Origin: Planctomycetota bacterium
GTDB taxonomy: Bacteria > Planctomycetota > PLA2 > JAEUHO01
Reading direction: 5' to 3'
Length of the DNA stretch: 64,000 nucleotides
Assembly (NCBI GenBank): GCA_965222115.1
Contig: CBDCTJ010000007.1
Coordinates: 512,001-576,000 of the forward strand
Shown piece by piece: positions 9,267 through 18,100 of this stretch. The stretch's first letter is position 1, and the number at the start of each line of letters is the position of its first letter. Both the position numbers and the translations under genes were made by a program. Under the pieces are notes generated by a model. The model did not search any database. It was not told the origin of the DNA and saw only the letters and a program-made list of their open reading frames with translations.

Positions 9267-10913
9267 CTAATCGCCCGGCCACATCGCGCGGGAGCTCTCG
9301 AGCACTGTGAGGTTCAACGCGTTCGTGTCGCGGGTCATGCCCCGCACGAACAGGCCGCCAAGGGGCGTGACCAAGATGCCGACGCGGGTCACGGGTGGGC
9401 CCACGGTGTCGGTGGGATCTTCGCGATAGATGGTGCCGTCGGGTGACCAATCCACGCGCGTAAAGGCCGGCACAACAATCGTATCAAGTACGTACTCGGT
9501 GCCCCCCGGCGTAAACAGGCGCATGGGCACGTCGATATCGGAGCCCGTGGTGTTGGTCAGTTGCAGCCAAGTGCGTGTGCCAATCGTCGTGGTGGTCTGA
9601 ATCGGCAAATCGACAACGAATCCGGCCTTGGTGCGCAACTGCGCACCCACGCGGCGGTGGTAGGTATCGAAACTGGAGTCGAATGCGCGCGCGGAGATGT
9701 CGACCGAACGCGGTACTTGGAAGAAGAGCGACACGCGGGTGCGTGCCGGCGAGGCCGTGGGATCGCCAAAGATGTCGGCAAAGATACTCGACTCTCCCAC
9801 CACCAAGCCGCGCGACTCGATGTCGGTCGTGCTCATATACACCGTGCGACCCGCAGGCAGCAACACCGCGCGATTGTCGGCAACAACGGGCACGCCACCG
9901 CTCGTAAATACAGCGGCAAGCACCACCGCTTGATCCGTGGTTGTGGGATTGGACATCACCACACCAAAGTCACTCACATTGCCATAAACATCGGTGCCAA
10001 AGTCGACTTCAAAGCCCGCGTCGTATTGACCGGGCAGATCCGTGTCGCTCGCCTCTTGAAAGCGGCGCTCGGTATGAACATGAAAGCTGTCTTCGCGAGC
10101 CCCAGCCGCGTAGGCAATCACGCGTGCGGCTGGGACGCCGGTGAGATCGGGTTCAATACGCACATGGCCCGTGGTGACGGCCGGTGCAAGCGACACGCTG
10201 CCCTGCGGAGGAATGGTCAGGGGCGTGGTAGTGACAACATCCCCATCAACGTCATAAAATGTCGCAATCACATCGAGAGGCATGGGGTCGACGGGGCCGC
10301 CGGGAACGGGATCGTGTGTGTCATTCAAGATCTGGATACCGGTGGTGTCCTCCAAAAGGGTCACCGCCACGCCCCCGGCACGTGTCCCTATGCCGGTAGA
10401 CACATCGTGGCGCGGCGTCACGCCCGAACGCACACGCTCAATGGATGGAAACACATGACCGGTGGTTGCCAGCCCCACGGGCTCGCCCGATACCGCGTCA
10501 AACACGGTGGCGCTGCGGCTATCCACCGCCAACCAACCGCCAAGAAGCGGGCCGCCGCCCGTTAACGTCGTGAGTGCGCGGCGCACCTGTCCCGCCGCTG
10601 GAACCACAATGACCTCCGGAGCTGCATAGGGTGCACCGCCCGGCAGAGCCCCAGCATTGGGGGCAAAGGCCTGCACCGTTACCGGAGCGGGATCGCTGGA
10701 GGTGTTGGCGAGCACAAGCGTTGCGCTCTCTCCGCTGCCCGCCGTGCCAATAAAGGGTAGGACGTAACGTGCCAACCCCGGGGCAAAGCTCCCGAGAGTG
10801 CCGTCGTCGCTCTTGCCGCCGCCGCATGAGGTCGTCAGGGCCAGCGCGCAAAACGAAATCAGTGCCATCTGCATGAGACGATGGGCAAAACTGCCAGCGC
10901 GGCCTGTTGACAT
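9267..10913 (-). CDS. Putative lipoprotein with several beta-sandwich-like modules
   Basis: Lipobox-like ALTTSC; recurring strand motif (LVLANTSS, IQILND, VVMSNPTT, LQLTNTTG); AGGAG RBS. Confidence 0.75.
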   Translation of the reverse strand: MSTGRAGSFAHRLMQMALISFCALALTTSCGGGKSDDGTLGSFAPGLARYVLPFIGTAGSGESATLVLANTSSDPAPVTVQAFAPNAGALPGGAPYAAPEVIVVPAAGQVRRALTTLTGGGPLLGGWLAVDSRSATVFDAVSGEPVGLATTGHVFPSIERVRSGVTPRHDVSTGIGTRAGGVAVTLLEDTTGIQILNDTHDPVPGGPVDPMPLDVIATFYDVDGDVVTTTPLTIPPQGSVSLAPAVTTGHVRIEPDLTGVPAARVIAYAAGAREDSFHVHTERRFQEASDTDLPGQYDAGFEVDFGTDVYGNVSDFGVVMSNPTTTDQAVVLAAVFTSGGVPVVADNRAVLLPAGRTVYMSTTDIESRGLVVGESSIFADIFGDPTASPARTRVSLFFQVPRSVDISARAFDSSFDTYHRRVGAQLRTKAGFVVDLPIQTTTTIGTRTWLQLTNTTGSDIDVPMRLFTPGGTEYVLDTIVVPAFTRVDWSPDGTIYREDPTDTVGPPVTRVGILVTPLGGLFVRGMTRDTNALNLTVLESSRAMWPGD

Positions 10914-11057
10914 AACGGTGCTCCTACCTACGCATCACGCAAAAAGTGTGCGCGTCCCTCAGTAGGAGAGATCGGTTCCAAAGCGAGCCCTATTCGTTGC
11001 GAAGCGAAGAACTCGACACGTGGGCCCGAACGAAATACTGACGGGTAGCCGTGTGGA

Positions 11058-11984
11058 CTACTCCTCGTGAACGACCGAGATGTGGTTGGAGACGCCCTCG
11101 GCCTCGGCCAACGCTTCTTCGGCCACGCGGAAGAGATCTTCGAGAATCTCTACACCTTCGGATTTGTGGGTGGCGGCGCCGATTCGAACGGAAACGTTGA
11201 TCTCGCGCGGGCTCAGCGCCAGGGGAGTATCGACGATCGCCACGCGAAGGCGATCACACAGCGAACGCACGCCCTTGAAGTCGCTCTGTACACCGATGAT
11301 TACAAAGGTGTCGTCGTTGTAGCGACCCACGATGTCGTGATCGCGACAAGTCGATTTCACGCGGCGCGCCACGGCCTTGAGCATCTGGTCGGTGAGCTCA
11401 TTTCCATCGGTCGTCCGAATCACGCGTAGGTCTTCGACTTGGACCAAGACGCAGGCGATGGGTGTACCGTAGCGCTCGGCACGACTCCATTCGGTGGTGA
11501 GCCGCTCAAGGACCTGCAATCGATTCCAAACACCGGTCACCGGATCGATGAATGGGACTTGCGTGAGTTCGAGCTGAATCTCGTCGAGCATGCGGGACTT
11601 GGCGCGCAACTCGGCTTGCACGCGTTGCAAGGTGCTGCGCTCAACCGGGCGATCGCCGCGGACGCGTCCAAGAGCAGCAACAAGACCGCCCTCAACGGGG
11701 AAGAACCGATACTCGACGACAATCGGCGAACCGTCGGCGCTTCGATGCGGCACGTCGATGGTGATTTCTTCACCGCCCGCGGCACGCACGAGATCGGCAG
11801 AAATCGACGCGCGCGCATGTTCAAGAATCAGCTCGACGAAGTCAACGCCCTTGCTGGCGCCGCCGACGCACTTTTCAAATGCCGGATTGAACTCGCACAC
11901 GCTGCGATCCGACGCGAGGACGACCAAGAGGTCACCCGCGTCGCCGATGGCGCGTTCAAGAAGGCTCGGATCGTGATTCGACAT
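11058..11984 (-). CDS. PAS + degenerate GGDEF domain protein
   Basis: PAS-like N-terminus; DPVTGVWNR; RDHD I-site; active site reads RYNDDTF. Start may be 11984 or 12044. Confidence 0.88.
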   Translation of the reverse strand: MSNHDPSLLERAIGDAGDLLVVLASDRSVCEFNPAFEKCVGGASKGVDFVELILEHARASISADLVRAAGGEEITIDVPHRSADGSPIVVEYRFFPVEGGLVAALGRVRGDRPVERSTLQRVQAELRAKSRMLDEIQLELTQVPFIDPVTGVWNRLQVLERLTTEWSRAERYGTPIACVLVQVEDLRVIRTTDGNELTDQMLKAVARRVKSTCRDHDIVGRYNDDTFVIIGVQSDFKGVRSLCDRLRVAIVDTPLALSPREINVSVRIGAATHKSEGVEILEDLFRVAEEALAEAEGVSNHISVVHEE

Positions 11985-12063
11985 GCAGGTTCTCGGCCTT
12001 CCAGCGCCCGGGGGTGGAGCTGCCACCGCAGCCATATCCCTCATCGAACCTGAGCGTTCAAAC

Positions 12064-12135
12064 CTTTAGAACAGAGGCAAAACGCCGAGGTCCGCGGGGG
12101 CGGGCATCATAACGCCGTAACCTCTGTTTCTAAAG
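12064..12135. repeat. Long-spaced imperfect inverted repeat
   Basis: CTTTAGAACAGAGG (12064-12077) vs CCTCTGTTTCTAAAG (12121-12135), one bulge. Confidence 0.5.
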
Positions 12136-12145
12136 AGCCTTATGC

Positions 12146-15100
12146 CTACTCTTTGGGATCACTGGCCGTCGCATATCGATCGTCCAGGCTCACGACCACG
12201 AAGGCCTTCTTAAGCGCTCCCGTGGCTTCCAAGATGCCGCGGCCATCGGTGCGTCCGCGGGTGCGAATGGCGACACCGTCACTAGCGGCGACATAGGCCC
12301 CGCGCACACCGCGCCCCTTGGCATCGGTGACATAGACACGGATCTTCTTATCACCGATGCGCTGAAGTTCCACGGCGAGGTCGGTGCGCGAAACCAGGCC
12401 GCTGGTTTCGAGCTTGCCCGACTTTGCAATCACGAGCCACACACCGGGGCCCTTCTCTTTGGTGGGAATCGTCACCGTGGAGGTGGTGTGATCCTTACCG
12501 CCGGTCTTATGTTCCCACGCGTGCGCGGGCACCAATCCGGAGAGATCGATTCGGTGAAGTCCGTCCAAGGTCTTGCGAATGGCAAAGAGCACTTGCAGGT
12601 CTACGGGATAGGCCTGAATCGACACCGACTCCACGCCGCGATGATTCAACGCGAACGTGAGCGGCTGGTTCAGGGCATGCACATGACGGCTGTCCATGCT
12701 GAGCGACGTGCGGGTAAGGAACGCCACGGCCTCGGCAGCATCCTCAACACCTTTGGCCTTCTTGTAGAGCGCCAACGCTTCATCGACGCGGCCTTGAATA
12801 TGGCGTACACGCGCAAGGTAGTGATAGGCGCGAGTGCGGAACGGACTCCACACGTCGCGACCGCGGTTATCCTTGAAGCGTCGTTCCACTAGCGGCTTGG
12901 CTGCAGCTTCCACGCTCGCGGCTTTGGCCTTGTCATCGGGCGCCAGCTCAAACTCGCGGTAACGCACGTCACTCAAGAAGTAGTAGGCGTCATCCACAAA
13001 GCGACTGTCGGGGAAGCGACGCAGGAACGCTTCCGCCTCATTGGCGGCGGTATCGAGTTCGCCCACACGGCGATGCGCGGGCACCAACAGGTAATTGATG
13101 GGCGCCGTGACGCCACGCGAACCAAAAAGCTTCTCATCGGACGCGTGCGCCGCCAAATCACGCAGCGCTTCAATGCTCTCGTGATCCATGGGCTTGCCCT
13201 TGCTGCCGAACGCCGAATCTTCGGGACGCTGCAATGCTTCCATGCGTTGCGCACGCGCGAGCATGGCCTGCACGACCGGACCCGCCAATGGATATGCCCG
13301 TTGGCGCGAATTGAGCGCGGTGAGTCCCTTGAGTTCTTCACCACGCGCCGTGAGCGTTTGCGCCCACTGTGTTTCATGGCCAAAAGCGCGGTAAACGAGC
13401 GCCTCCATCAACGGACGCGCGGGATCAAACTCGCCCAACTCGTGATACGCGAACGCGATTGCGCGTTGGTCGTCGAGTTCGTTTGGAATGAGCCCAGTGT
13501 TGCGGCGCACAAGCTCTTCGCGCGCGCGAACAATCTCTTTGGCGTCCTTCATTTCAATCGCGCAACGCAATAGGTGACTCTCGGCCGCTTCCACGATCTC
13601 GTCGCGAAGGGGAAGCTGCTTGAGGCTCGTAAGGGTTTCGCGCGCTTCCTTGTAGCGCTTTTCTTCGACGAGCTTCTGTGCACGCGCCCAACGTTCGTCG
13701 GGCGTGGCCTCGGCCTCCACGTCGGTGGTGGGATCGTTACTTTCCTTCTTGACCAACAGACCCGTGCCCGCGGCACGCGCGTTGAACTCGGGCCGATACA
13801 TAGCGTAAGCATGCGTGCCAAGCGCAGTGGAGCGACCCCAGTGCGTGGCCTGAATCACATAGTCAATGGTGGTCGTTCCTTCCGGCACCTTGCTAAGGAA
13901 GAACACCTGGCGATCGTCGCGGCGCTCTTGCCAATCAAAGGGCCCGGACGTGGTGTCTTCCAACACTTCGAATGCGGAGGGAAGCGGATCTTCCACCAAT
14001 ACGTAGCGCAACGTGCGAGACGTCTTGATGGTAAGACGCACCAAGAGTTTGTCGCTATCGACAACTTCGGTTACGTCCTTGGCCTCAATGGTGGGACGCG
14101 CCGCGGGACGCAACACGCTGTAGCCAGGTTTCTGCTTGGGCGGTGAGCCGGGGTCGGCAGCCTCTTCCTTGCGGAGGTAGGAGCGCGACAACGTGAACCC
14201 ATGCGTGTCGCCGGGCAGGTCATCGGACTTCTGAACCGCCGACAGACGCACGGCGTAACACAGTTCGCCCTGCCCCTTGATTTTGAAACCCAAACGGTGG
14301 CGGCCCGCAGACAAGCTGTTGGCTTCGCCAATGCGGAAACGACGATCGGAGGGATCAAGTATGCGGTCACCGGTTTCAATGGACTTGACGACGTTTCCAT
14401 CCAGCAACACGTCAATCGTGCCGCCAAAGCGCTGCGCACGGCCACCTTCTAGCCATGCACATGCTGCGTGAACGAAGGCACTCATGTCTTTTGTGTGCAG
14501 GCCACGCCGCTGCATGCGTCCTAGGCGCATCCAATTCATGGCGCGCTCCACATGCAGCGATGCCTTCTTGGTACGCACCAAGGCAGTGACGGCCCACGCC
14601 GTGGCTTCAAAGTCGCTGCCGGTAAAGCAGTCGTCTTTGCGCGCCGTCCACCAACTCACATCGTCTTTCTGCTGCACACGTTCGATGAGCAAGCGCGCGA
14701 GTTCGTCGGCCTCAAAGCCGCGCCCCTCTTCGTGAGCGGCCAAGCAGAGCCATGCGAGGCCGGTGGTGCTCAACGCTTCGTTGCGATTGCGAAACGACGC
14801 GGCAAAGGCTTCGGCATTACGACGCCGAACTTCGGCCAAAGCGAGATGCCCCAGCGCACGATCGTCTTCAGGACCGCCAACCACCATCTTACGCAGTGCT
14901 TGTGTGGCCTTATCGATCGCGCGGTCAAGACCCTTGACGCCAGCCTTGCGCGCACCCACGAGTCCACGCAAGGCGTAGGCCGTCATGGCCACATTGCCGT
15001 TGCCGCCGGCGAACCAACCAAAGCTGCCGTCTTTGTGTTGGAAGTTACGAATCTGGCGTGCGCCGCGCTCCGCCGCGGCGAGCACACTCTTGCGCACGTC

Positions 15101-18100
15101 GGCGGCAGGCGAACCCGATGCCGATAGTGCCCGCTGGGCTTCAATCAACGGCAAGAAACGATGTACATTTTGCTCGAGACAGCCATAGGGGAACGTCTCA
15201 AGTACCAACAACGCGTCGCGAATGGCGTCGTGAAGCTGAGGCGCGAGCAACACCTGCAAGCGCAGCGTACCCGGAACCAAGTTTTCAGGTACGTCGAGGA
15301 AGGTCTCGGCGCTATCGGACTTGGAGCTATCCAAGAAACCACTGCGACCGTCAATCGTTAGAGGTATGCCGCGCGCCTTGGTGCTGAGCGACACTTCTAC
15401 AGCATCCGATGCACCGCCCGCCGACACTTTGGCCGTGAGCTTCACGCGGCCTGGCTCCGTAGCCGAGACGTCGCGATCGGACACGCCGCGACCGCGCGCG
15501 CCTATTTTGAGGGTTTCGTCGTTTCCGGAGAGCGTTACGCCTTCGGCCTTGATTTCAACCTTGGCATCGACTTCGGCACCGCTGTTGTTGTGAACTGCGG
15601 TGGGTACGGTGATCTCGTCGCCCTGGGTAAGGAAACGAGGTGTGTCCATGCGTACCAAGAGATCGCGCCGTGCGCGACACGATGCCTTGCCGGACCCCAC
15701 CAGTGCTTTTGCAGAAACTCCGCGCACATCGGCACGCCACGATGTCAAGTTGTCGGGCAGTTTGACCCGCACCGTCGCTTTGCCGTCGTCTCCGGTTTCA
15801 AGCGCCGGATTCCAATAGGCGCTGTCTTCAAAATGACGACGCACCTCCATAGATTCCATACCCGGCTCATCTTGGAGGTCGAGCAAGATCGACTTCCACC
15901 GGCGATCGAAGTTGCCTTGAGTACCCGAAAGAACGAGTGCTCGTTGGTGTCGCTCAAGCAGTTCTGCCTGCCTGCCAACTAGATTCGCGGACTGGCTCTT
16001 GAGCACTTCGCGGCGGCTGCGGCCGCGTTTCTTGGATTTGCGTCCTTCACGGCCACGACGCATGCCTTTTGAGTCGGCGCCATCGAAGGGCGCGTCGTCG
16101 AGACCCTCGGATTCCCCAAACGAATCCTCGAAATCAAGGTTGTTGTCGCTCTCCACTTCCTCCGCCATCGATGCCGCCGGTCTCGCCGCGCTGCGCCGCG
16201 TTTCGAAACGCGCACCGCCGCTACCGCCAGCGATCCCGATTGCTCCTGGAGGTGCAGACTTTGCCGCGGGCATCGCCGCGGTCATCGGGGGCGCCGGCGC
16301 CTTGTCAGCGGCATATTGTTGTAGCGCGGCCTGCGCCGCCTGATTTCGAGCAAGTTCACGCATCAAAACGCGAGCGTCCCAGGACTGTGGATTCTTCTCT
16401 ATCGCATCCACGGCATTCTTGACGGCCAAGACGGTGTTGCCTTCGCGCAAGGCTTCCCGCGCGTCAGCAAGTAGCGCCATGGCGATCGCTGCATTGCCGT
16501 CGTCGCTCCGGGCCGCAGCTTCTGCAAGGAGGTCCTTACTCGTCTCTCGCGTGGTTCCGTAAAAGCGCGTGCCCATCGACGACGCGGTCATGACACCCAA
16601 CGTGCGGCGTCGGTCGTAGAAATAGGGGCGAATGGATGGCGAGGTATCGGGCGCAATCGCAAAGACCGCCTCATCGATTAGCGACAATCCAACCTCGGCC
16701 GTCACGGGCTTGCCCTGCGCATCGCGTGTAACAACCGCGATCTCAACTTCGTCACCGGGCTTGGCGGTCTTGGGTGCAATCGAAACGTCGATGTCCAAAT
16801 GACGCAGCACGACAACTTCGGTATCGGCTTCGAGCAGTTTCTCATCGCCGGGCGTAGCCACAGGAATGGCGACTTTGAAAAACACGTTGGGCGCGTGGTG
16901 GCCCTTGAGCGGCGCTTCCACCATGGTGCTTGTGCCCGTAAGCGGCACGAGCATGTAGTCGAGTACCTTTTCGCCTTCATACGTCAAGAGCGCCACGCCC
17001 TCGGTCATCGGCGAACGAATCATCAGCCCCGCCGCTTCGCCTTCGCGGTAAAGCGTCTTGGCCGCTACAAGTCGCGCATCTTTGGCGGGATCTTCCTCCT
17101 CACCACTGACTTCGATATCGACATAGGCAGTAACCAAGCGATCGCGCGCGTCTTTGCCACGCCAACGCAAGCGCCATCGACCGGGTTTCTCCAACGACAG
17201 CTTCATTTCGGCTTCGCCGGATTCTCCTACGGCGAGTGGGTGGCGCGCCTCTTCGATCTCCTCGTCGCGCACAACGGTCGGCACGCGTTTGCCGCGCTGC
17301 TTGGGGTTTAGCGGTGTACGTACTTGCCGCAACCGGAGGAGTACGAGTTCACCAGAACGCGCCACCGCACGCTCCAGCGCATCCACGGTGCGGACCGTGG
17401 CGTTGAAATCTTGCTTAGGGCGAATGACCTTGCGATCGGTCTTCACAAGCGCCATGTAATCGCGCTGTGTAACGGGAATGCGCCCTTCATCCATGACCCA
17501 GCGACGGGTAATGTCTTGCGCCATGGCGCGCACGACATACTCAGCGTCTTCATCGCGTTCTTGCGTGGGAAATACGATCTCCGCCTCCCCCGCTTCATCG
17601 GTGGTCACGCGTCCGCGTGCGACGCGTTCGCGTCCCGCCGTTTTTATGCGCGCTTCCTTCTTACGACGTTCGTCTTTGAAGTACCACGAATAGTCTTCGG
17701 CGACGCTCGGCGTAAAGGTGCGCGGCATACGCCACACTTCATAGGCCACCGGCGCATCGGCGACCGGACCACCAAAGGAATAGGTCAACGCGATCTTGGC
17801 CTTCACGTCGTCGCCGGTGCGCACCACGGCTTGCTCGGGCTCGACGGCAATTACAAACTCAGGCTTGCGGTATTCCTGAACTTGGAAGGTCCCTTCCCAC
17901 GTGCCGGCGTGGTCGACGTCGAGCCGCACGCGGTAGGTGCCCAGCGGACTCTCCGTACCCAGCGCGTAGGTGCCTTGGAATGTGCCAAACGCGGTGGACT
18001 TCACGCGCGCACTCAGCGCAACGTCGCCGCGAGCATCCAAGATTTGAACGCTGCCCTTGTGTTTGCCCACCGGCAGGTAGTTGCCGCCGTTGGCCTTCAT

